From Lama guanicoe (lineage: Eukaryota), in the NCBI GenBank assembly GCA_013239625.1, contig MU053934.1:12185413-12247412 (forward strand): a DNA stretch of 62,000 bases, in the 5' to 3' direction. The position numbers and the translations under genes were made by a program. The first letter of the stretch is position 1. Each line of letters opens with the position of its first letter. The notes beneath the pieces are model-generated. The model did not search any database. It worked only from the letters and a program-made list of their open reading frames with translations, and was not told the origin of the DNA. Shown in pieces: positions 50,850 through 62,000 of this stretch.

Positions 50850-52925
50850 GTCTGTACCTGCTCAGCCCCATCAGCAGACAGGCTGCCTCAAGACCTGAGC
50901 CCACAGCTTCCCCAGGACCCAGGCCTCTCCACCAGTGTACCAGCACTAGTCCCAGAACCGCCGGGGCCCTGCAGCCCACCCCCCAGCAGGCCCGCACCAG
51001 CCCTGGGGCCCCATAGCCAGCAGCCTGTGACCGGCCCCACCCGCATGGCCAGCAGCCTCCACACAAGACAGGACCTGGCAACTAACCAGACCAGGGGCCA
51101 GCCACGCCTACGAGACCACCCACGCAGCCCGCACGGCATAGAGCTCTGTTACTCAGAGCGGGGTGCACACTGCAGCCCAGAGGGTGCCTACAAAAAGCCA
51201 CTTCTCCAAGGTCAGGAACTATAAGGAACCTACCAGATACAAAGAAATACAACCCAGCAAAAGAGTGGCAAAAAGGAGGTGACAGAGAAACATGTTGCAA
51301 ATGAAGGAACAAGGTAAAACCCCAGAAGCACTCACTGAGTGGAGTGGAGGCAGGCAGTCTACCTGAGAAAGAGTTCAAAGCAATGGCCATAAAGACCAAA
51401 GAACTCAGGAGAATGGGTGGATACAATGAGAAATGGGAAGTTTTTAACAGCGTTAAAAAGTGTAAAGAAGAACTAAACAGACACGAAGACACAGGCGCTG
51501 AAATGAACAACGTGCTAGAAGGGATCAGCGGTAGAGTCAGCGGCGCAGAGGGATGAGGCAGCTGGAAGACAGGGTAGCGGAAATCACCGGTGCTGAACAG
51601 AAAAAGGACTGAAAAGAAGTGAAGACAGTGTAAGGGACCTCAGGCACATCAGTGTACCAGCACTCGCACTGTAAGTTCCCAGAAGGAGGAGGGAGGGAAA
51701 GGGCCAGAGAGCACATGTGCCTTCCCTTCCCTGGGGAGGGGACAGTCACACGGGTCCATGCGGCGCAAAGTCCCACACGGAGTCAACCCAGAGCGGCCCA
51801 CACCAAGGCACGCTATGATTAAAATGGCAAAAGTAAAGATAGTGTTAAAAGCAGCGAGCTACAAACGAAGGAGCACCCGTGAGGTTACGGCTGACTCTCC
51901 AGCAGACACACTGCAGCCCGGAAGGGACGGCACGATGCCTTCATTCAGCGTGATGAAGGGGAACCTGCAGCCGAGGGTGCCCCACCTGGGAGGGTGCATT
52001 TGGACTGATGGCGAGGTCTGGAGTTTCACAGCCAAGCGGGAGGTAAAAGTTCCTTACCACCCAGCCAGCTTTACAAGAAATGTTAGAAGAGCATCTCTAA
52101 GTGGGGAGAAGGCCGTAACTAGAAACATGGAAATTACAAATGGGAAGAGCTGACTGGTAGAGGCGAGCACACAGTGAAAGCACTAGAGCCAGCATGTGCA
52201 GAGCCGGTGCTGAGCTTAGAAGACGGAAGTGGTAGTCGTCTGTGTCCACAGCCAGCAGCTACAGGATGCACAAAACAAGAGGATGTAGAATAAGGAATTA
52301 CCACAAAACAGTCATCGTGAGGAAGGAGAGTAAAACTGCGGGGCTGTTGACGTGTGCTTGAACTTGGGGTCAGCAGCTTGACCGCACGGTGGGTGGATAG
52401 CTGTGTGCGGTCAGCAGCTGTGATGTCTGTGTGGGGACAGATTGTGACAAGACATTGTGATCGTTCTGAAATGCAGAGAAATAGCCAGTCCCTGTGTTGT
52501 TTAACAGGAACTCACATCCTGTTGAAGGTCAGTTATACTTCACACACAGATTCCGAGAAAAAGGGATCAGATTTGCAGTCACCCGGGATGGGGGAGGGGG
52601 AATTGGATGAAGGGGGTCAAAAGGCACAAAGCTCCAGTTGTAGGACAGGTGAGTACTGGGGTGTGATGAGCAGCAGGACGGGTGTAACTATAGTGCTGCT
52701 GGGTGTCACTTGGGAGGGCTGCCCAGAGAGAGTCCTGGGAGCTCGCATCACAGGGAAGAGCACTTTTCCTCTCTTCAGTGGCGCACCTGGTGAGATGACG
52801 GCTCACCAGCCCTGCTGTGGCTGTCATCTCATGACGTGCGCAAGTCAGACCACAATGCTACGCGCCTTCAACTTGCATCGTACTGTGTGTCGGTCACGTC
52901 TCAGTCAAACTGGAAGGAAAAACAG
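50850..52925 (+). mobile_element. HAL1-like (ORF1-only, non-autonomous L1-related) element
   Basis: 5' GC-rich region; degenerate ORF1 (LPEKEFKAM; NPERPTPRHAMIKMAKVK..LKAA; LQPR); passes into an L1-type 3' UTR ending ctcagtcaaactggaaggaaaaa with no ORF2 in between. Confidence 0.65.
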
Positions 52926-53238
52926 TAGTAAGAGTTGAGCTCATTGGAAGTTTAGAAACAGTGTTTTCAAGCTCACAGGTCCCCGGAGGTCGGTTCCTGG
53001 GGCGCTCAGCCCCGTTGTCCTGTTGCAGGCAAAGCAGCTCTGCTCTCCTGCTCACGGAGACGCCGGGCAGGGCAAGCAGGCCCCAGAGCTGAGTCCCACT
53101 CTGCAGCCCACGGGCGGGGGCCCGCGGCTCACATCGCAGCTGTTCTGGTGGCTGAACGTCAGTCTTTCTAAAATAGGGAAGGATGTTTAGGTGAAAACGT
53201 CTGGTATCAAATGCCTGGTGATTACAGATTGTTTTTAA

Positions 53239-53532
<294 letters not shown>

Positions 53533-54583
53533 TGAGAGGGGGCCTGCGGCTGTGCAGGCCGACGATCAAAGAAGGAAGGAGGCCTCACGTGGCCGCCTTC
53601 GCCGGGACCATCTTGCCCGCCCCCTGCCCGGCTACACTGTTGCTCCTCTCTTCTCAGGCCTGTTGTGACGAGCTGAGGGAGCCCACCTGCTGTTTCAGGT
53701 GGAGGCTGGAGCCAGGAGGGGGAGGGGACTGCTGGAGGGGGCACATCCACACAGGGTCCGGGAAGGGAAAGGGTCTGTCTCGTTGGCGGTGAGGAGCTCG
53801 CTGCCCCTTCTTGAGGGTGGGGGGCATTTTCTGGAGGCTTTTGGGGTCCATGGGCTGAGGCTTGGCTGAGCAGAACGAGGGCCCGGGCCTGTGTGGCGTC
53901 AGGGTGAGAGGGAGGGAAGAGACTGGGAAGTGGCGGGAGGAGACTTGTGGAGGATGGGGGCCCCTCGAGTGTGGAGAGATGGGGCATCAGGAGGAGAGGA
54001 AGAGGGTCTGGAGGGAAGCTGGGGCAGGGGGTGTCTTGCCCTGAACCCACAGAGCGTGCCTGCCTGGGAGGCGTGGGGCCCTCTGCCACGCCAGGGAGTG
54101 ACGCTGCCTGGACCGCGGGGAGGCTTCTGTGTCTCTGCTTGACATGCGTGGTCTTTCCTCAGCCTTCACGCTGCGCGTACCACAGATGCTGTCCTCGTGT
54201 GCGGCTTCCATCACAGGGTCCCCTTCGGTCCTGTTTCTGCTGGTCGCTTTCTCCCCTCATGGGTTGTGGTTTCTGCTTATTTCCATGCCTGGTCATCTCT
54301 GTTTAGATGCCGGACGTCCTGCATTTTACCCTGTTGGGTGTTGCATGTTTTTCTCTTCCTGAAAATGTTTTTGAGTTTTTGAATTTTGTTTTGGATGCAG
54401 TTAAATTACTTGGAAACAGATACGTTCAAAGCTGGCTTTAAGGCTTTGTGAGGTGAGACCAGAGTGGCTGTTAGGTTAGAGCTGCTGCGTGCTGAGCGCC
54501 CCTTTACTCTAGGCCTTTCCATTCGGGCCAGTGGGCCTGCGCTGCTCTCAGGCCTGTGGGTCTGAGGGCTGTCCTCTGTGATC

Positions 54584-54730
54584 CAGTGGTTCTCAGCAGG
54601 TGGCACTCCCCCCGGGAGACGTTTTCAGTTGTCACGGCTGAGGGTGCTAACAACCTCTGGAGCAGGGAGGCCAGGAGTGCTGCTAAACACCATGCAGTGC
54701 CTGGGACAGCGGCCTCGGGGAGTGTCCATC
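54584..54730 (+). mobile_element. MER20-like hAT DNA transposon remnant
   Basis: cagtggttctca terminus; ggagacgttttcagttgtcac..gaggccaggagtgctgctaaacac..gcagtgc. Confidence 0.7.
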
Positions 54731-55136
54731 TAGGGGCCCTGCCCTCGCCCCTTCCCGGGATGCTCTCCCACAGCTGGCCGACAGAGTTCCTTGTGTTTGC
54801 ACGTGGATCAGCGCTCAGTTGGCGGCTCAGAGGGGACGCTGGGAAGCTCTGCTGCCCCCCTTCCTGGCCCTCAGTCCCCAGCCCCACCCCCCGCGCTCTC
54901 TCTGTGTGCAGCTTGGGGGCTCTGTTGGGGGCAGCTGGGTGGCTGCGAGCTCACTTAGATGGGTCCCCATCTCAGGCTGGCTTCCCACGCCACCTGGTGG
55001 TCAGTGTGGAAGGCCGTCGTTACATCGGTCTGGCAGACCGATGGCTCCAGGGCCGCCGACGTCCTGACATGCCAGTGTGTGTGTGAAAGAGAGAGGTGTC
55101 ACCCTGCTGTCGCTAGCGTGCTGGGTTCTTTTTCAG

Positions 55137-55314
55137 CTTTTGAATATGTCCAACTACAAGGAGAAGTTTTCAACTTTGCTGTGGCTGGAGGAGATTCACG
55201 CGGAGATAGAGCTGAAAGAGTACAACATGACTGGGGTCACCCTGAGAAGGAACGGGGACTTCCTGGTTCTGGAGGTCCCCGGGCTGGCTGAGAGCAGGCC
55301 CTCCCTGTATGCAG
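55137..55314 (+). CDS. MOV10L1: MOV10L1 exon 11 (178 nt): [19 protein letters not shown]...[14 protein letters not shown](G)
   Basis: tttttcAG / GTGCGC; MOV10-family VPGLAExRPS motif. Confidence 0.97.
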
Positions 55315-55590
55315 GTGCGCTGCTCAGGGGCCGCATGTTGCTGGGTGGCCTCACAGACGCTGGGCCAGTCGGAAGGAGCACGTTTAACTGGCAGCGCCAG
55401 CCCTGCCGCCCAGCCCCGGGCCATGTGTGGTCTCCCTGAAGGCCAGGGCGCGGCCCCGGCGCAGCCAGCATTCCCCGCGCTGACGGACCCCGCGCAGCGG
55501 CCCCAGTAACGCGTCTGTTGTGCTCCACTTCTTCAGACTGCGTGATGTCACAGTCTTGTCGTTTTACACGTAGTAATGTCTTTTAACTAG

Positions 55591-55661
55591 GTGACAGACT
55601 GATTTTAAAAACTCAGGAGTACAACGGACACATCATCGAGTACATTGGCTACGTGATCGAG
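55591..55661 (+). CDS. MOV10L1: MOV10L1 exon 12 (71 nt): [23 protein letters not shown]
   Basis: aactAG / GTAAGA, peptide homology. Confidence 0.96.
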
Positions 55662-56581
55662 GTAAGATCCGCTCGCTCGCCACGAGGACCTCCTGCCGCA
55701 GGCCCTTGGGGCGGATGGCATTTTGGGAAATTCAGGGTAAAGGGAACATTTCGATAAATCTGATGCATGAAGAGAATTTTGTAAAGAAATCCCGTTGTTT
55801 CAGTCACGTAAAACACACTCACCTTTAAAGTTACCACAAGTAGGTCATGATGTTTGCACGTCGGTGTGTGTTTAGTCAGAGGCGGGCGTCTGAACACAGT
55901 CCAGGAGAGGGAGCCTCGGAAGGCAGCCTGCACGTAGGCATCGGGGAAGGTCGTGCTGGTGTAACCTGCCACCCCCACGCCTGAGTGTGGTCTGTGCTCC
56001 TCCAGCTGGTCCTGCCTGCTCTCCACGGCGCGCCACACGGGGATGGAGGCCAGTCCAGGAGGAGGAACCACCATGCCACGCACTCACTATGGAGAAATCA
56101 GAGCTGCCCAAGCCCTGGCTCTGGAGAGGGAGGAGGGGGTGCAAGAACCAGCCTGGGACAGGGTGGAGGCACCCTGGCCTCTGTGGCCCCGTCTGCTGTC
56201 TGCTGCAGCTCTGCCCACAGACCCACCTCCTCCTGGCGGCCAGGAGCTGAGCCGGTCGTCCCCGCGTCTGGCTGAGCGTCGCCCTCGCTGGGGCGGCTGG
56301 ACAGTACCGGGGGTGTGGGTAGTTCTCCACGGAGGACAGAGGCATAAATAGTTACCAGGAGAGGAGAGGTCTGTTCACCTACCCGAGGGGAGCGGAGAGG
56401 CGTCCCACTGCCTCGAGAGACAAGCGCAGTGTAGCCGCACGGTGACGCCACCCTTTCTATTTCTCCCACACTGAACACACCAGACTTTAGCTCAGATCTG
56501 TGGAATGAGCGTTGACTGGTGCGTTGCAGAGTATGGGTAGAAGACTGTTCCAAGAAACCGGGTATAAAGTCTGTAAAGTAA

Positions 56582-56692
<111 letters not shown>

Positions 56693-57998
56693 TAATGCTT
56701 TTAGAGACTCCTCCTCCCGGGCAGGCAGGTCCTCTCTGCTTCGGCCCTCGCCATGCGAGTGGCGGTGCAGGCTGCTGCGCCGCCCGGACCACAGCTTTCC
56801 TTCCAGGCATAAAGACACACATGTTTGCATGTTTATTCTTCCTGGGACCTTGAGTACACGGATCTTTGGTTCCTCACGTGCTGTCATCGTCAGTCCACTC
56901 CCTCCTTCGTCTGGTCACTCATCCTCTGTCACATCAGGAGCGCAGGGACCCCACCACCTGACACCTGTCCCTGTTCCTGCACTAAACTCCCTACGGGGTG
57001 TGTGAAGCACACCATGTCTCCTCTCCTGTTGGGGAACTTGTGTGCCGTCCTCTCCTTGGTAGTTGCTGGCTGCTGCGGTGGACTCCCGTCTCCTTCACGC
57101 ACACACCCCGACCCTCCTTGCTTTCTCGGCTGTGCACGAGGAGTGGGCAGCGATTTGGGGAATGGCCATGTTTCAGCTTTGCACTGGTGACAGAAGCATG
57201 TTCCAGTGTGAGCATCGGTAATGGCCGGCCGCTCCGTAGGGTGAACTTCTGGCTTCGTGCCGGCCTGCTGAGTGTGGCGCAGCTCACGGTGGGCTGGACG
57301 TATGTGTCTCGCTGCTTCTGAGGTTGAGGGTCTCCCTGTTTGCTGGCTCGTGCTGGGCCCCATGTCACCAAACCGAGACTCAGCTGAACTGAAGTCTCGG
57401 CTGCTCCAGAAACAGAGTCTTAGACCAGCCGGGCAGGAGCCTCCTGGTCGGTACTGGGAGGTCATCTGCCTGGTGGAGCAGTGCCATCCCTACAGGAAGG
57501 TGACTGCGCTGTAACCAAGCCGCTTCTTTGCCTGAATAAGCTCCTTGTCCCTGCTCACCTCTGCCCTCACGTCCGAGCCGCAGCTCCGAGCCCCTCCTGT
57601 GCTTCTGCTGCCCGATCGGGGTCAGCCTTGCCCTAGTGAGCTCCTGAAGGTCCCCCAGGCCGCAGTCTTTCACCAGGCGTTCTGAGTGAGTCCCTCCCGT
57701 CAGAGTTACTCCCCTGCTGACGCAGCACTGGTAATGTTTCCCTGTCCCTTCACAGTTTGAATTTTCTGTTTTCCCTGCTTGTCCACTTTATACGTTACAA
57801 CAGAAATATTTCCAGAAAGGAAGGTGTCCCTGCTGTCCTGACACTGTTTAAAGTTTTGCTATAAAACTCCTGGTGTCCTGCTGATGGCCCATGGCCTACA
57901 GTCCCCCTGGTGCTGCCTCCAGGCTGGTCTCTGGGTGAGTTTCGTGAAGCTTCAAGTCTCCAGACTCCAGAAGGTGACTTGTGTCCTTTCTCCTGCAG

Positions 57999-58057
57999 GA
58001 CCACCAGCAGACGGTGCCACTTTGCACTTGAACAAGCCATCCACTTGGGTGTAAAAG
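57999..58057 (+). CDS. MOV10L1: MOV10L1 exon 14 (59 nt): TTSRRCHFALEQAIHLGVK
   Basis: cctgcAG / GTATTA, peptide homology. Confidence 0.96.
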
Positions 58058-58486
58058 GTATTACCTTTGTGGGATGGTGGTGCGACATCTCCAGGCTGTG
58101 TTCAGAGGTGTCAGCAGAGTGCGTGTGACTCGGTCTCTTTGGGCACACGCTAGAGGAACCCTGACACCCAGCATGTGTTCCTACAGGGAGTGTCAGTGTC
58201 CTTTGACTGTTGCAACTGTGCAGAAACAGCATGCTTACTTGACTAACAGTGAAGTCGTCGCGCTCCGCCCGTCTCCTCTTGCTATGACTCGTGTCTGTGT
58301 TCACAGCCAATAAATGATGGCTTTGTTGCACAGAGCACATGGTCCTGGCTTTGTGCTGTGGCTGAGATGGCACAGGGGCCGAGGAGGGAGGAGCAGTAGA
58401 CACGGGTCACTGCAGGCCGCTGCCTCTGCACGTCATTCTTAGACTCTACAGTAACATCCGCCTTCTCACCTTTCCTTGTTTACAAG

Positions 58487-58584
58487 TGTTGTTTCCGGAA
58501 GAAATCATTTTGCAGTCTCCCCAAGTTATGTGGGATTGGAACCGTGCACAGGACACCCAGACCGATGGCCCACCCGCCTCCAAG
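58487..58584 (+). CDS. MOV10L1: MOV10L1 exon 15 (98 nt): (V)LFPEEIILQSPQVMWDWNRAQDTQTDGPPASK; gene continues past the window
   Basis: ttacaAG / GTACTG. Exons 1-15 sum to 2073 nt in one open frame; no Walker A (GPPGTGKT) exon seen in the window. Confidence 0.94.
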
Positions 58585-60339
58585 GTACTGCTCCGGTGTT
58601 TAACCAGATCACAGATTAGCTCTCCGCTGACCGGCGGCAGACAAGTGTATTGAGCGTGGTCCCGGGAGAAACCAGGGTCACAGGTAAAGCAAAACTCACT
58701 AAAACGTGTGCAGTGCAGATGCGGCATGAAGGTCACATGCAGCTGCACGCAGTGTCACGGTGGCTGCAGTGTACTGAGTGGGGAAAAGCAAGATACTGAT
58801 CTTTCGTGTGTGAGCTTACAGTTTTGTTTTTAAATTATGTGGTTTTGTGCACACTCAGACAGGCACATTTTTACGATTACAGAAAAAGTGGGAAGGCACG
58901 CACCCCCAGCAACTTGCTGATGGGGAGCTTTCGTAAATGGTGCAGTGTGTCGCCTGTGTGCACAGCGCAGTGCCTGCAGCGTGTACACGACGAGACATGG
59001 TCGTCGTCGTTGTTGTCATTGTGTTTCCGTTAACAAGAAAAACTCCCATGCTGTGGTCAAGCTTGTAACTATAATTCTGTGCTGTTGGAATTAGCTTTTT
59101 TGAGCATGTTTTGAATTTATAAAAAATATATATTTTTTACTACATCTAACATTTAGAACTCCTTTGACCATTTTATGGCCCCTCTCCCAAAAAATGAGAG
59201 CTTTATAATGCGTGCACACAGAAAATTCTGTAAAGGAAACAGCAAAAGGTTTTCATTAGAATCATCTGCCATGTGATTTGTATCTGATCCTTTTGTCCTG
59301 AAAATGGAAAGGGGTCTTCGCTGGACACGGGTGCTGTGTCATCCACAGAGCTCTCTGAGTACTCCCCCCACCCCACCCCCTGCCGGTCCGCCTGCTGCCT
59401 GCGTCTCCTGGGTGGAGTGCTGACAGCTGCCTGAGGTGAGGGAGTGCTGCTGTGTAGGGGATTGCATTCCTGAGCCAGTGCATCTCAATGCTTTTAAATG
59501 CAGAGCATCCTCTTTCCATGGATTAGCCAGGTTGCAGATAAACTCAGTCATTCTGTGCGTCAACCAAGCTGACGTTACATGGACTGGACTTACCCTTCCA
59601 CCTAAATCACTGAAAACCACACGAGATACGTAAAATAGCGGGTTCAGACGCTGAGCATCAGCTCCTGTAGGACAGTGGTTCCTGGGAGAGGAGCCGGTGC
59701 GGAGAGCCACTGACCGCCCAGCCGACCGCCTGCAGAGCTCCCAGGCCAGGAGCACAGAGCGGGCAGGCGTCTGCCGAACCCTGGGCAGTCCAAGGGCAGG
59801 ATGGAAGAGGTTTGGGTGCAGAGAGCTGGGGGAGAGCCCTGGGGCCTTTAACTGAGGCCTCGTCTGGTCACACTTGTGAGGGAAGGAGCCCCTGAGGAGC
59901 AGAGGAGGCCCTGAGCTCCCTCGGTGCTGGGGGCTTCATTCCTGGCCGTCAGCTGTGCCCCTCGGGGGTGCTGCCCGTGGGTCCGGAGGCCGATCGAGGA
60001 GTAAAGGCCCTGACGCTCGCCCGTCTGCTCCACGCACCGCAGCCACAGCCCATACAGTGCACAGCCCTTGCGGGAGCGTGACAGTGTCTAGCACCCGTCA
60101 GGGCATAAAATTCATTCCATCCGGTATCTGATCCCAAAATGAAACAACATGAAAAACCCAGCCCATAATAAGAAATTGCAGGCAACTGAAACCAACCCAG
60201 AAAACTGGCAGTGGCAGAATGAGTAGATGGGGGCGTTCAAGTCACTGTGGCTGTGTTCTGTGTGCTTGAGAGGAAGAGGGACGCGGGAGCCCTCTTCGCG
60301 GCACAGGAAGGACATCAAAGTCACCTGCTCGCCTTCAGG

Positions 60340-61900
60340 GGATGAAGACTCGAGGTCCGAGATGAAAAATGTGCCAGAATTAACAGCAGACTAGACACTA
60401 CAGAAGAGATTAGTGAATCTGAAGACATAGCAGTAGAAACTGCAAGACAGAATAAAAGGAATTTCTTTAAAAAGCTGAGAAAATAAACAAAGTGTATTAA
60501 AAAAAAAAAAGCATCAGTGATGTGTGGGATAGCTTCAGGCAGCCTCCCTACATGTGGTTGGCGTCCCAGGAGGGGAGTGGGGGGCTATGAGAACAAATAA
60601 TGAGCAGAAGTTGTCCTAATTTGATGAAAATGATAAACCTACGAACCCAGGAAGCTCAGCAGACAGGAAATGCAAAGAAAACTGCACCAAGGCCTGTGAC
60701 AATGAGATTCCCGAAATCACTGGAGGAGAACAAATCCTGAAAACAGAATGTCTCATTATAAAGAGAATTAGAAGTAAGACCTATAGCAGCCTCCCCGCCG
60801 CCAGCAGTGCGAGCCCGGGGTCCCGAGCGCACGCCCCGAGCTCTGCGGTCTGCCGCGTCCCTGCTGCCACGGTGCTGTTCCCCAGCTGAGGTGTGTCCAG
60901 AGGGTGGGGCGTGTGTTATGCTCTTACTGCAGTAAAAGCTTTTAAATAATTTTTTAGAAGAAAATTGACTTTTTAAAACTGAAGTAACAACAATGTATTG
61001 TAGCATTTGTAACGTACCGAGGACAGTTGGTAGAAATTGACAGGCTAATTACAAAATTCATGAGTGCAAAGGGCCTAGAATTTTGAAAACAACTTTAAAA
61101 AATTACAAACTCTTAAGTCATCTAACAAAGTAATCAGTGGAGTGTGGTCCTGTCACCAAGACAAGCCTGTGCAGAACAGAATTGCCTGGGAACGGACCCA
61201 CACGTACTTGAACGACTGGAAGTCAGCAGAGGTCCTCTGGCAGCTGCAGAAAGGGTGGTCTTCTTAACCAGCGCTGCTGGGGCATTTGGAGGTTGTGTGG
61301 GAAAGTGCGCCAAACGGCGCAGCAGCTAAAACTCGTCCAGAGTGGTTTGTGGCCCTAAACGTGGAGCCTAATGAAAACTTCTAGAAAACACTGTGGGAGA
61401 ATGTCTTCATGTCCCCCAGGTTAGGCATAGTCTGTCAATGTGATCTGAGCGTGGTCCGTAAAGAAAAACAGATACACTTGGACGCCAGTGAAAATTAAAT
61501 ATTTCACTGTTCAAAAGACACCAAGACTACGAAAGACCAGTGACAGATTTCAGTCTGTGTGACAGCAGTAGGGAGCTCAAGGGGCTCGGCCTCGAGAGAT
61601 GCATTCGTGTCCTTGTGGTGACAGGGTCATGGGTCCGGTTGTACACGTGGAACGTGCCCACCTCAGTAAATGTCCCCTGAACTCTGCAGAACTCGGACGG
61701 TGGTGGAGGGTAACTGCTGTGACCTCCGGGAATCAGATTTGATGACATGTCTAAAATTTTCCATGTGAAAACTTCCAATGTAGCAATTTTACTTCTAGAA
61801 TTTATCCTGTGGAAGTAATCTCGTGATTTCACAGAGATAAATGCACAGAGTAGCCTGTTACGGCCTTGTTTATAACGGGAAATTGGGAAACCGGTTCTGT
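60340..61900 (+). mobile_element. Patchwork of old LINE-1 ORF1, late-ORF2 and 3' fragments
   Basis: agactagacactacagaagag..tgaagacatagcagtagaaact; aacccaggaagctcagcagac; gaaattgacaggctaattacaaaattcat; gaaaacttctagaaaaca; boundaries approximate. Confidence 0.7.
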
Positions 61901-62000
61901 CAGTCCAGGGCAGACTCTGTTTATGTTTAAACACACATAAAACCAGCTCCTGTGCGGGGCTGGAGCGCGGCGAGGAAGCCGCAGCACTGGCACCTGGCTT

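Noticed and set aside
58585..62000. Search for MOV10L1 exon 16 and helicase motifs
   Set aside because: None recognised; sequence is intronic or L1-derived. Most simply the gene continues beyond the window rather than being truncated.

Overview
This is mammalian genomic DNA, not prokaryotic. It is GC-rich, spliced and repeat-laden, and two tRNA-derived SINEs point to a camelid. The window holds the TTLL8-MLC1-MOV10L1 block, the same gene order as human 22q13.33 as I recall it. On the minus strand are the 5' exons and CpG island of TTLL8 (tubulin monoglycylase; the gene runs off the left edge) and a complete MLC1. MLC1 has 11 coding exons from 27685 down to 11799 (1122 nt, 373 aa, all coding introns phase 0 GT-AG). 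On the plus strand, head-to-head with MLC1, are coding exons 1-15 of the piRNA helicase MOV10L1 (32309-58584, 2073 nt, 691 codons); the helicase core lies beyond the right edge. A 598-N assembly gap sits in the TTLL8 CpG island. Most of the supplied six-frame ORFs are GC-rich noise or L1 remnants. I found no convincing wholly new biological system. The best leads are: (1) an L1 3' transduction with target-site duplication (TSD) in MOV10L1 intron 2; (2) a candidate in-frame upstream TTLL8 exon next to a consensus RFX X-box; (3) a compact CRE/MYB/NF-Y/NRF1 germline promoter for MOV10L1; (4) a solo LTR in MLC1 intron 1 pointing at MOV10L1; (5) lineage-specific MLC1 substitutions. Orthologue and repeat-family assignments come from memory of the families and were not database-searched.
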